Assembly: GCA_016187335.1 (NCBI GenBank)
Contig: JACPJW010000001.1
Coordinates: forward strand, 404,170 to 468,169
Source of the DNA: Candidatus Aenigmatarchaeota archaeon
GTDB taxonomy: Archaea; Aenigmatarchaeota; Aenigmatarchaeia; GW2011-AR5
Direction: 5' to 3'
Length of the DNA stretch: 64,000 nt
Shown one piece after another: positions 28,803-38,900 of this stretch. Each line of letters starts with the position of its first letter. Within the stretch, counting starts at the first letter, position 1. A program made the position numbers and the translations under genes. The notes under the pieces are model-generated. The model had not been told where the DNA came from. It saw only the letters and a list, made by a program, of their open reading frames with translations, and ran no database searches.

Positions 28803-28827
28803 TCCTATTCTTCCGTAATTTTAGAAA

Positions 28828-28940
28828 GGGCTTGTAGTCTAGAGACCCTTTAGAAAAAGCGTCTACGAAAAGGGTTGGAAAATGGTTATGACGTCGCCTT
28901 CACACGGCGAAGGTCGGCGGTTCGAATCCGCCCGAGCCCA
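28828..28940 (+). tRNA. tRNA-Val (anticodon CAC) with 40-nt D-loop intron
   Basis: GGGCTTG-TA-GTCT-AG [intron 28843-28882] TGGTTA-TGAC-G-TCGCC-TTCACAC-GGCGA-AGGTC-GGCGG-TTCGAAT-CCGCC-CGAGCCC-A; exons sum to 73 nt. Confidence 0.8.
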
Positions 28941-28993
28941 TAGCAACTTTCTGGAAAAAAGTTGCATTTAAGCATTACGATATTAGTGGAAAT

Positions 28994-29983
28994 ATGAAAT
29001 CAACAGCGGCAGCCAACGCGAATATTGCGCTGGTGAAATACTGGGGCAAAAGGGACAGCAGGCTCATTCTGCCACAGAACAGCAGCATATCCATGACCTG
29101 CGACGGTCTCACGACAAAGACAACTGTAGAATTTTCCGAAAAATACGGCAAAGATACTGTGCTGATAAACGACGAGGAGCTTGTGAAGGACGAGCGTGAC
29201 ATATTAGGCCACATAGAGCGTATCCGAAGCATGGCTGGAATAAAGGAAAAGGCAAAGGTGATTTCTGAATCTAATTTCCCTGTAGCTGCAGGGCTTGCCA
29301 GCAGCGCTAGTGGCTTTGCTGCCCTGACGCTTGCAGCAGCAACAGCTGCAGGTTTGAAGTTAAGTGAAAAAGAATTGACAATACTTTCAAGGCAGGGATC
29401 CGGTTCTTCATGCCGCTCAATTCCTGAAGGCTTTGTGGAATGGCACAAAGGAATCGCCGCGGACGGCAGCGACAGCTATGCGGAAAGCATTGCCGGCAAA
29501 AATCACTGGCATGATTTCAGTATGATAGCCTGCATTGTGTCAGAAGCGAAAAAGAAGGTCAGCAGCCGCGCAGGCATGGCGCAGACCGTTGCAACATCGC
29601 CTTATTATGACGGATGGCTGAGAACGGTTGATGAAGACCTGAGAAAAATCAGGGAAGGAATATTGAACAAAGACTTTTCTTTGGTCGGCATTACAGCAGA
29701 GCAGAACTGCCTGAAGATGCATGCGCTGATGATGACAACGAGGCCTTCCATAATCTACTGGATTCCTGCAACGCTTGAAATTATCCATCACGTTCAGGCG
29801 TGGAGAGAAGAAGGAATAGAGTGCTATTTCACGATAGACGGCGGACCGCAGGTGAAGGTCATGTGCCTAGAAAAAGACGAAAAAGAATTAAACAAGAGAT
29901 TGCTGGATCTGGAAGGCGTCAAAAAAACCGTGTTATGCAAGCCCGGTGATGGCGCCCAGCTTATAGGAGAACATTTGTTCTGA
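28994..29983 (+). CDS. Diphosphomevalonate decarboxylase-family GHMP enzyme (MVD/PMD)
   Basis: 329 aa; NIALVKYWGKRD N-terminal signature and GHMP Gly-rich loop (AAGLASSASGFAAL). Confidence 0.8.
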   Translation: MKSTAAANANIALVKYWGKRDSRLILPQNSSISMTCDGLTTKTTVEFSEKYGKDTVLINDEELVKDERDILGHIERIRSMAGIKEKAKVISESNFPVAAGLASSASGFAALTLAAATAAGLKLSEKELTILSRQGSGSSCRSIPEGFVEWHKGIAADGSDSYAESIAGKNHWHDFSMIACIVSEAKKKVSSRAGMAQTVATSPYYDGWLRTVDEDLRKIREGILNKDFSLVGITAEQNCLKMHALMMTTRPSIIYWIPATLEIIHHVQAWREEGIECYFTIDGGPQVKVMCLEKDEKELNKRLLDLEGVKKTVLCKPGDGAQLIGEHLF

Positions 29984-29988
29984 TTGGT

Positions 29989-30732
29989 ATGAAAGTAATC
30001 GCACTTGATTTTGACGGCGTCATTGTAGACAGCATCGGCGAGCACTATTACCTTGCTGTTTCAGCCTTTGAAGAGATGAGAAGGAACGCACAAAAATTCA
30101 GAAACCTCAGGAAGAACTTCGATTTTTTCCGCAGATTCGCAAAGGTAGCCGAGGATTTTTACGCATTTTTCGTCATGATGGAACGCGGCAAGATTCCAAA
30201 GGACGAAAAAAAGCTTGTCGCAATGCGCGATGAAATACTGAAAAAGGAAAAGAAAAACGCCGAAAGTTTTGCGAAAATTTATTTTGACATAAGAAAAAGA
30301 ACGAAAGGCAGCGAAAATTGGGCAAGGTTTTTCAAGCCAAATAAGAAGTTCGTGAGCATGGCAAGGAAGCTTTCTTTGGAACATCCCATATTCATAGCGA
30401 CAACAAGAGACGGAGAAACCGCTTACAGCATTCTCCAAAGACTCGGCGTTGAAATATCCATGGGAAATATTTTATCAAAGGATGACACTACAAACAAAGG
30501 AGAGCAGATGAGAATAATAGCCCAAAGAAGCGGCGCCAGTCTTGGCGACATAATCTTCATTGAGGATAACTTCGAGAATCTCGTGGAATCTTCCAAGACA
30601 GGCATAAAGCCCGTCCTTGTTGAATGGGGTTACAACACGCCTAGCCAGAGAAAAGAAGCCAGGAAACTCGGCATACCTGTCCTTAAGAAAAAAGGATTTG
30701 AGAAGCAGCTTATGGAAATAATTGGGAATTGA
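29989..30732 (+). CDS. HAD-superfamily hydrolase
   Basis: 247 aa; motif I ALDFDGVIVDS; embedded between decarboxylase and mevalonate kinase genes. Confidence 0.65.
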   Translation: MKVIALDFDGVIVDSIGEHYYLAVSAFEEMRRNAQKFRNLRKNFDFFRRFAKVAEDFYAFFVMMERGKIPKDEKKLVAMRDEILKKEKKNAESFAKIYFDIRKRTKGSENWARFFKPNKKFVSMARKLSLEHPIFIATTRDGETAYSILQRLGVEISMGNILSKDDTTNKGEQMRIIAQRSGASLGDIIFIEDNFENLVESSKTGIKPVLVEWGYNTPSQRKEARKLGIPVLKKKGFEKQLMEIIGN

Positions 30733-31765
30733 TAGAATGATTACCGTCTCCGCACCGGGAAAGGTTCACCTGATAGGCGAGCACGCTGTCGTATACGGCG
30801 AGCCTGCAATAATAGCTGCTATAGGTAAGAGAACTTTTGTAACACTGGAAAAATCCCCTTCATTTGTTTACAAAGACGGCAGGTTTGACGAAGCCACGGA
30901 ATTTTCCTTGGAAGAAGCCTTTGAGAAAGCCGGTGAGGCGAAAAAATTGTGGCAGGAATGTTTTGAAAAAAAGGACTTCTCGCAGCTTTTTGCTTTTGTA
31001 AAGAAGGATTACTACGGCAATTACAGAAAAGCCGCCGTCGGCTTGCTTGCGAAGAAATTCGGAATTGACCATGGACTGAAAATTCATATTCACTCAGAAA
31101 TCCCGGCAGGCTCCGGCCTGGGTTCTTCTGCCTCTCTTGCGGTTGCTTTAACAAAAGGGCTTGCAGAATTTGCCGGAAAGAGACTATCCTTGGAAGAAAT
31201 ATACAACACTGCCTTTGAGCTTGAGCATTTTATTCACGGCACTCCGTCAGGCGGCGACCATTCACCGCCATGTTATGGAGGCTTGATATGGTTCCAGAGA
31301 AGCCAGCCGAGAAACATAATAAAATCGCTGAAGCAGGAAATCCCATACCAGCTGGAAAACTTTGTTCTTGTTTACACAAAGGAGCCGGAAAAAAACACGG
31401 GCGAACTGGTGCAGGCAGTAAGAAACCTGCCTGAAGATTACAGAAACCCAAGAATTAAAGAAATAGGCTTGATGACGGAAGAAATGAAAGGCGCACTGAT
31501 CAGGAAAGATTTCTTTAAAGTGAAGGAACTGATGAATAAAACGCAAAGGATTCTGGCAGAGCTTGGCGTTTCCGTTCCGGAGATAGACGAGATTCACGAG
31601 GCTGTCAAAGCGATAGGCGGCGCGGCAAAGCTTTCGGGCGCAGGCGGAGGCGGCGTTATGATCTGCTATCACGAAGACAATGAAAAACTCAACGAAACAA
31701 TCCGCTCCCTGGGCTACGAGCCTTTGGAAACGGACTTGGGTGTGGAAGGAGTTAGGGTAGAATGA
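30722..31765 (+). CDS. mvk: Mevalonate kinase
   Basis: 347 aa; SAPGKVHLIGEHAVVYG and GHMP ATP loop PAGSGLGSSASLAVA. Confidence 0.85.
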   Translation: MGIDRMITVSAPGKVHLIGEHAVVYGEPAIIAAIGKRTFVTLEKSPSFVYKDGRFDEATEFSLEEAFEKAGEAKKLWQECFEKKDFSQLFAFVKKDYYGNYRKAAVGLLAKKFGIDHGLKIHIHSEIPAGSGLGSSASLAVALTKGLAEFAGKRLSLEEIYNTAFELEHFIHGTPSGGDHSPPCYGGLIWFQRSQPRNIIKSLKQEIPYQLENFVLVYTKEPEKNTGELVQAVRNLPEDYRNPRIKEIGLMTEEMKGALIRKDFFKVKELMNKTQRILAELGVSVPEIDEIHEAVKAIGGAAKLSGAGGGGVMICYHEDNEKLNETIRSLGYEPLETDLGVEGVRVE

Positions 31766-32865
31766 TTCATTATTCCGCTCCCGGCAAGCAGTTCATATCG
31801 GGCGAATGGTCTATCCTTGAAATGGGCAACGTAGGCGTCGTTGCGGCCGTGAACAAACGAGTGCACGCTGTTGTTCAGGCTGCTGAAAAAATTACAATAA
31901 GCATAGATGATTTTGCTATCAGCGGTCTGGAAGCGGATTGGAACGGGAAGGAGATTGTTATTTCAGGCGGCCATGAAAAAGAAAAGCTGCAGTTCATCAA
32001 GGAATCCATGGAGACAACGCTGCGTTTCCTGCAGGACAAAGGCATCAAAACAAAGCCGTTCAAAATCCGCAGCTGGGGCGAGCTTTCGCAAATAATTGTG
32101 AATGGCGAAGCCAAGAAAATCGGCTTCGGCTCGTCTGCTTCGGTTACAGTGGCTGTAACCGCGGTGCTTCTGGATTATCACGGGTATGAAGCAAGCAAGG
32201 AAGAAATATACAAATTAGCGACAATAGCTCATTACTTCGCGCAAGGAAAGGTCGGCTCTGCCTTTGATGTTGCCGCATCCACATATGGCGGCGTCTTTGC
32301 TTATTCCCGTTTTGATCCTGGCTGGCTGACAAGCAAAATAGAAAGAGTAGAAAGAATTGCAGACATAGTGAAGGAAAAGTGGCCCGGGTTCTTCGTGGAG
32401 CAGCTCGAAGTCCCTGCGGATTTTTACTTGCTTATTGCTTGGACAGGAGAATCCTTTTCCACGTCCGCAGCCATAAAAAAGATGAACGAGTTCAAGGCGG
32501 CAGATTCCGGGCAGTACCAGGAACTTATTGGAAGGGTTGCAAATACGGCCCGAAGCGTTGCTGATTACTGGAAAAGAAAAGAACGGTCTTCGGTGCTGGA
32601 ATTGCTGCGGAAGAACGAGGATTATTTGCGCGAGCTTGGGGAAAAATCCGGGGTTCCTATAGAAACGCCTGCGCTGAAGCTATTGGCAGATATTGCAAAC
32701 AAGTGCGGCGCTGCCGGGAAGCTCTCTGGCAGCGGCGGCGGAGACTGCGGCATCGGCGTATGCTTTGATGACAGGACGGCTGGAAAAGTTAAGGAAGAAT
32801 GGGAAAAAGCAGGTTTGTACTTTGTTGATGCCACAATAGACTATGAAGGCGTCAAGAAGCATTAG
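31762..32865 (+). CDS. Phosphomevalonate kinase (ERG8/bacterial type)
   Basis: 367 aa; SAPGKQFISGEWSILE, KIGFGSSASVTVAV, KLSGSGGGDCGIGV as in ERG8-type PMK. Confidence 0.8.
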   Translation: MIHYSAPGKQFISGEWSILEMGNVGVVAAVNKRVHAVVQAAEKITISIDDFAISGLEADWNGKEIVISGGHEKEKLQFIKESMETTLRFLQDKGIKTKPFKIRSWGELSQIIVNGEAKKIGFGSSASVTVAVTAVLLDYHGYEASKEEIYKLATIAHYFAQGKVGSAFDVAASTYGGVFAYSRFDPGWLTSKIERVERIADIVKEKWPGFFVEQLEVPADFYLLIAWTGESFSTSAAIKKMNEFKAADSGQYQELIGRVANTARSVADYWKRKERSSVLELLRKNEDYLRELGEKSGVPIETPALKLLADIANKCGAAGKLSGSGGGDCGIGVCFDDRTAGKVKEEWEKAGLYFVDATIDYEGVKKH

Positions 32866-33050
32866 GCCTTTCTTTTGGCTACCCGGGCGATGTAGCCGGC
32901 GACCTTGTTCCTTACTATCTTGCTTTCAAATAATTTCAGTTCCTCAAGGATTTTCTTGTTTGCTTCAAAATCCCTGGAAAATCTGTCAGGGAATTTTTCC
33001 AGCAGGTCGTTGCTTACGCCTTTGATGTCAGATGTCATTATATTGCCCAT
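32862..33050 (-). CDS. rps17e: Ribosomal protein S17e
   Basis: 62 aa; MGNIMTSDIKGVSNDLLEKFPDRFSRDFEANKKILEEL matches S17e; 3' end overlaps the PMK stop. Confidence 0.8.
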   Translation of the reverse strand: MGNIMTSDIKGVSNDLLEKFPDRFSRDFEANKKILEELKLFESKIVRNKVAGYIARVAKRKA

Positions 33051-33127
33051 TTTTTCACCGTGAACCTTCCATTTGGATTGCTTCTTTTCCCGAAGGTTTT
33101 AATAGTATATAAAAAACTTAAATATCC

Positions 33128-34102
33128 ATGAAAGCCTTTGTCGTAAAATCGCCAATAGGCGTCTTCGCCTTCAGCGAAAGCGGCGAACTGGTTTACTACA
33201 GGGTATTCAGCAGCGATCCGCCAAAGGCGCTGCAGGAGTTTGAAAGCGTTATCGACAAAGACTTCATAGACGACCTGAAGGACTATGAATTAGCAGAAGA
33301 CAAGGGCGCGCAAATGATTCTCAGAAAGCACTTCCGGGAATATGCATTGTCTCTGGGCTTTGCAAAAAGCAGCGAGGAACTGAATAAATTTCTTTCTTCT
33401 TTTGCTGCGCTGCTCTCGCGCAAGAGGATGAAGCAGCAGATGAGTCGCGACAGGCTCATTATACAGGCATCCAACGCTTTGGAGGACATAAAGAAGACAG
33501 AAAACCTGCTTTCAGAGCGGTTCAGGGAATGGTACACCCTTCATTATCCCGAGCTGAAGAGCGTTAAAGCAGAAGATGTCATCAAATACGGCCCGCGCGA
33601 AGCGTTCCCCGATTTTAGGGAAAGCGTCGGCGTTGATCTGGCGGAAAACGATTTAGAAATAATCCTGGAGCAGGCAAAGACCCTGAAATCCGTGCAAGAG
33701 CACAGGAAAAGCCTGGAAAGGTATATCCGGAATGCCGCAAGGGAAGTGATGCCGAATTTTTCATCTCTTATTGAACCCTTTTTGGCAGCGCGCTTTCTTT
33801 CACTGGCCGGCTCTCTGGAAAAGCTGGCCAAGATGCCTGCCTCGACGCTGCAGCTGCTTGGCGCAGAGAAGGCCTTGTTCAGGCATCTCCGTGAGAAAGG
33901 AAAGTCGCCGAAATACGGCATCCTGTTTTTGGACACCCGCATCCATACTGCGCCTGACGAGCAAAGGGGCAAAATAGCCCGCGCCATATCGTCAAAACTT
34001 ATGCAGGCCGCGCGCATAGATTTTTACTCAGGCAGGGAAGAGCCGCGCCTGAAAGCAGAGCTTGGTCAAGAAATAAAGAAAATCAATGAGGAAAGGAAAT
34101 GA
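33128..34102 (+). CDS. nop5: Nop5 (Nop56/58) box C/D snoRNP protein
   Basis: 324 aa; NOSIC/Nop domain; immediately upstream of and overlapping fibrillarin. Confidence 0.8.
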   Translation: MKAFVVKSPIGVFAFSESGELVYYRVFSSDPPKALQEFESVIDKDFIDDLKDYELAEDKGAQMILRKHFREYALSLGFAKSSEELNKFLSSFAALLSRKRMKQQMSRDRLIIQASNALEDIKKTENLLSERFREWYTLHYPELKSVKAEDVIKYGPREAFPDFRESVGVDLAENDLEIILEQAKTLKSVQEHRKSLERYIRNAAREVMPNFSSLIEPFLAARFLSLAGSLEKLAKMPASTLQLLGAEKALFRHLREKGKSPKYGILFLDTRIHTAPDEQRGKIARAISSKLMQAARIDFYSGREEPRLKAELGQEIKKINEERK

Positions 34103-34749
34103 AAGAGATTTTTCCCGGCGTGTTCAGGTCAGGCAAAGACTTGCTTACTGTTAATTTAGTTCCCGGAAAGAGGGTCTACGGCGAAAAGCTGCTTGCCAAA
34201 GGCAGGCAGGAATTCAGGGAATGGGTCCCCCAGAGGAGCAAGCTTGCCGCAGCGATAATGAACGGGCTACAGAACATGCCGATGAAGCAGGGCAGCAGGA
34301 TACTCTATCTAGGCGCAGCATCAGGGACAACGCCGTCGCACGTGAGCGATATTGTTGGCCATGACGGAATTGTCTATGCCCTGGAATTCTCTGAACGCCC
34401 GTTCAGGTCACTGATAGAGCTGGCGCGAACCCGCAAGAACATTGCCCCGCTGCTTGCTGACGCGCGGAAGACAGAGGATTATTACTGGGTCGAGGCGTGC
34501 GACATTCTATATTGCGACATCGCGGACCCCCAGCAGACTGAGATTGCTATCCGCAATTTTGAAGAATTCATTGCCGAAGGTTTTCTTTTACTTTCAATAA
34601 AATCACAGAGCATCGACGTTGTCAAGGAGCCGCTGCGCGTTTACGAAGAGGAAAAAAGGAAATTAGAGAAAGCGGGATTTGACGTTCTTGAACTGATCGA
34701 CCTAGAGCCATACGAGGAAAAGCACTGCTTCATCGTAGCGAAGAAATAA
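34099..34749 (+). CDS. flpA: Fibrillarin (rRNA/tRNA 2'-O-methyltransferase)
   Basis: 216 aa; SAM-binding VLYLGAASGTTPSHVSD and conserved fibrillarin N-terminus. Confidence 0.9.
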   Translation: MKEIFPGVFRSGKDLLTVNLVPGKRVYGEKLLAKGRQEFREWVPQRSKLAAAIMNGLQNMPMKQGSRILYLGAASGTTPSHVSDIVGHDGIVYALEFSERPFRSLIELARTRKNIAPLLADARKTEDYYWVEACDILYCDIADPQQTEIAIRNFEEFIAEGFLLLSIKSQSIDVVKEPLRVYEEEKRKLEKAGFDVLELIDLEPYEEKHCFIVAKK

Positions 34750-35802
34750 TCACTTGCACAGCTTCGCCAGGTGCTCCTTGAACTTTTCCCAGTCGCTGGT
34801 ATTCAGAGTCGCGCCGGCTGCGGCTTCGTGCCCGCCTGCCGATGCTTTCAGCCCACGAGCGGCTTTCTGCAGCAGCTTTGCCACATCCATGCCGCTGTGC
34901 GTTCTTGCGGACATCTTCGCTTTCGCGCCGCTTTTCTCGTAAACGACAATTATTTTGTTCTTGTGCTTTTCCGCCAGCTTTGTTGAAATTATGGAAGAAA
35001 TATTGTATCTTGATTTTATGCCGTACAAGACAAGTCTGCCTAAAATCTCCGAGTTAACTTCGGCATCGGCGAACGTCATGTCAATTTCCGACTGCAGTTC
35101 CCTGTAGGCTTCCGTCATCTTTTCCGCGTCTTTGCTTTCCAAGAATTCTTTGTAGTCTTCGTGCCTTGCCAGAACGTTCACGATTTCCTCGCACGTCATT
35201 TTTTTCGTTGCTCTTGACGACTCGATCATGAAAGAAATCATTGAAAAATCCCCCATCGCATCATGGCCGTATCTATTTTTCACTTCGTCAACAAGCTCCT
35301 TTGAGTGGGAAAGGTCGTAATCCGCAACCATGCCTATTGCGGCGACCCATAAATACTGCGAAATATCGTGGACCCTTGAGCAAATCTTGTAAGCTAAATA
35401 AGAAGTGGACTGGTAGATCTTTGGATTCCTGAATCGCGGGTTGTAATGCACGACGTTGCCGCTGTTTAAATTTTTGAAGACCTGGTGGTGGTCGATAATC
35501 AGGATGTCGCAGATGCCCTTCAGCTTTTTTACAACATCCTCTTTCTGGTCTATGGCCATGTCAAGAAATATCATCTTGTTGGGCAGAGAAGTCTGAACCC
35601 TTTTTATCAAATTTTTCTCGGGCGGCATAGGCTGCGCTATGATGAAAGGCTTCTTCACGCCGTTCTTTTCCAGGGTTTTCATGACGAGCAAACAGGAAGC
35701 AATGCCGTCGCTGTCGTTGTTGAATATGATGACTACGCCGTCTTTTGCCGTTGTGTTCTTCAGGAACTCTACGGTCTTGTCTGTTTCAGTCATGACAATC
35801 AA
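34750..35802 (-). CDS. DHH/DHHA1 phosphoesterase (RecJ/NrnA-like)
   Basis: 350 aa; DHH motifs (NNDSDGIASC, IIDHH) and DHHA1 GGHEAAAG. Confidence 0.75.
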   Translation of the reverse strand: MIVMTETDKTVEFLKNTTAKDGVVIIFNNDSDGIASCLLVMKTLEKNGVKKPFIIAQPMPPEKNLIKRVQTSLPNKMIFLDMAIDQKEDVVKKLKGICDILIIDHHQVFKNLNSGNVVHYNPRFRNPKIYQSTSYLAYKICSRVHDISQYLWVAAIGMVADYDLSHSKELVDEVKNRYGHDAMGDFSMISFMIESSRATKKMTCEEIVNVLARHEDYKEFLESKDAEKMTEAYRELQSEIDMTFADAEVNSEILGRLVLYGIKSRYNISSIISTKLAEKHKNKIIVVYEKSGAKAKMSARTHSGMDVAKLLQKAARGLKASAGGHEAAAGATLNTSDWEKFKEHLAKLCK

Positions 35803-35903
35803 CAGAATAATTGAAGGAAAGGCTTAAATGAAGTTCAGAATGTTGAGGCAGAAGTCCCGGGCAAAGCTCTGTTGGAGGCAGAAAACCAATCTCCCTTTTG
35901 TTC

Positions 35904-38900
35904 TTACTTTATTTTCTTTATCTCTATACCTATTTTCCTGCCTTCAAAGTCCAGTTTTTCCCCTTCCGCCTTCGCGAACACGACCTTCGCCGCCCCCACT
36001 TCGTTCTTTATTTCTTTTTCCCATTTCTTCAGTTCCCCGGCCCCTTCTATTTTCAAGGCAATTTTGTCCATGACAACAAGCCCTGATTTCTTGCGCATAT
36101 CCTGCACTTTTCTGACAACCTCGCGGAGCAGGGCCTCTTTTTTCAGCTCGTCGGTGAGCAGCGTGTCCAGTTCCAGCTTGCCGCCGTCAAAGGGAACGCC
36201 ATTGTTCGTGTTTGCAAAAACAGCGGCTTTGACATTGCACATATTCTTTATTATTTCTGCAAAAGGCTTGAGATTCTCTTTGCTGTCCACTGTAAGCTTT
36301 GCCAGGGGCCACCTTATTTTTATGTTGCTTTCATGCCTTTGCGAGTTGGATGCTTCGACAAGGTTTTTTACGATATTCATGGCTTTCTCCGCCTTTGCGC
36401 TGATGTATTTTGAATCGTACTTAGGCCAGTCCCTGGTATGCACGGATTCCTTTTCGCCGAGGATTTCGAGGTTTATCTGCTCGGCGAGATACGGCGTTAT
36501 AGGCGCTAAAAGCTGCGATGTTTTTTCTGCTATCTCGTATAAGGTGTAAAAGGCCGCTTCCTTGTCTTTCCCTGAATACGCCGGCCATACGCGGTCCCGG
36601 ATCAGCTTTATGTACCACCTTGAAAAGTCGTTTACTAGGAAATCATGCAGCTCTGTTACGGCCTTGTGGCCGTTGTAGCTGCAGAAATGCTGGGTGCAGT
36701 TCTTTATGGTGGTGTTCAGGCGCGAAAGAATCCATTTGTCCTCTATATTCAGTTTTTTTGGCATTGAACCGCTTGACGCGTCGGTCTGTTTCGGTTTTGT
36801 TGCGTAGGTCTTCACGAAATTAAAGCTGTTTTCTATCACAATAAGAGACCTCGCAATGGCTTCAACGTCCGGCCACTTGAAGTAGAAGTCATCCCACGGC
36901 GCGCTTGACAGCAGATAGAAGCGAAGCACGTCCCGGCCGTATTTTTTTATAATGTCCTCCGGCTCGACAATATTTCCTTTGCTCTTTGACATTTTCACGC
37001 CGTGAGCGTCAAGTATGAAGCCGTGGAAAAGTATGTTCGTGAAGGGCTTCTCATCAAATGTTATTACCGACGTTATCAGCTCGGCGTTCCACCAGCCTCT
37101 GATTTGATCCGGGCCTTCTGTCTGGAAGTCGCTTGGCCACAGTTTCTTGAACAACGCCTTGTTTTTCGGGTAGCCGAGGGATGCCCATCCGGCAAGGCCG
37201 GCGTCAAACCAGACATCAAGGACATCGGCTATCCGTTTCATCGCAGAGCCGCACCTGCATTTCAAAAAAACGTTATCAATGTAAGGCCTGTGCAAATCAC
37301 GGGGTATTTCCGGCAATTCGTCAGCGGAGCCGATGACCTTGACGCTTTCGCATTTCTCGCATATCCATATCGGCAGCGGTATGCCCCAGTAGCGCTGCCT
37401 TGATATAGGCCAGTCGCCGAGGTTTTCAAGCCAGTTGTTGAACCGTTGCTTTGCCCATTCAGGGTACCAGTTCACATTCTTGTTTTCCTTGATGAGCTTG
37501 TCCCTTATCTTCGTCACGCGGAAGAACCACTGCGACACGGATATCAGCAGCAGGGGAGTGCTGCAGCGCCAGCATTGCGGGTAGTCGTGCGTTATCGTTT
37601 CCTCCTTCAGCAGCAGGTCTTTTTCCTTCAGCAGTTCAATTATTTTTTTGTCGCTTGCCTTGACAGGATTTCCAGCAAAAGCACCGCATTTCTCGTCAAA
37701 AGTGCCGTTGATTTTCACCGGAGATATTATGGGCAATTTGTTTTCCAGACCGACTTTGTAGTCCTCCTGTCCGTGCCCGGGGGCGGTGTGGACAAGCCCG
37801 GTGCCGTCTTCCATGCTCACGTACTGCTCTGAAAGCACAACCTTGTGCGCGCCTTTGAGCTGCTGCTGGAATGTAAAAATGTCCCGGAGCGGATGCTCGT
37901 ATTCTGTCCCAGCCAGCTTTTTTCCGGGAAACGTTTCCACAATGCTGAATGGCAGTCCGGCTTTCTTCATAACAGCTTCAAGAAGCGGCTTTGCCAGGAT
38001 AAGAAATTCAGTTCCACCAGAACTTTCCACCATTACCTTGACATATTCGTGCTTCGGATGCGCCATGATGCCTGTATTAGCTGGTAACGTCCACGGCGTT
38101 GTCGTCCATATGACCAGGAACACGTTTTCTTGTCCTTTCACCGGAAACTTAACATAAATAGAAGGGTCCTTGGCTTTGCTGTATTCTATTTCGTTGTACG
38201 CAACGGCTGTTTCGCAATTATGTGTCAAGAAGCCGTTAGTTATAAAGTTGTGATGAGTTTCAACTGCTATATCACATACTTTCCGTTTCCCCTTATATTT
38301 TATAGAATTTATTTCATCCCAAATAAATCCGTCTCTGAGGTCTTTTGCAGCATTTTTTAACCATGCATCGAATGCAGGGGTATATTTGGCAGCACGAACT
38401 GACTTAGACTTGCCATAAACCACATGCCTTACATAAAGTTCAGGTAAGTTAAGCATAATTGCGATTTTGCTGCAAGGGATCTTAGAATGTCTTAGTGATA
38501 AGATCCTACCTTTCAATTTTCTGTATTGTTTCTCAAGTGATTTTTTGTACAGAAGATAGCCCAAAACATGCGAAGCCCTGATTTTTCTGTATTTACAGTA
38601 CTCGTATCCTAAATACCGTATGAATTTAATGAGGTTGTAATCGTTGCAATCTATACTGATAGTGGTCTTCGATTTTTCTATTTTATTAACAATATTTCTT
38701 TCTGTTTTTATTTCTCCTGTCGATACCCCAAACTTATTGATAAGCGCGCATATCTGTTTTGCAAATTCCATCCCGTTTTCTTCTAGATGTCTATTTTTTG
38801 TAAGGTAAAGCCTCAGGCATTCAAATCCCTTTCCATATTTTCTGGGGCTTATTATCTGGAGTTCGCTTCCGAAGTAAGATGCCAAAAATTCCCTTGTTAA

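Noticed and set aside
35872-36549. 225-aa plus-strand ORF and neighbours antisense to ileS
   Set aside because: Antisense to the well-supported IleRS reading frame; Ser/Phe-rich low-complexity translation
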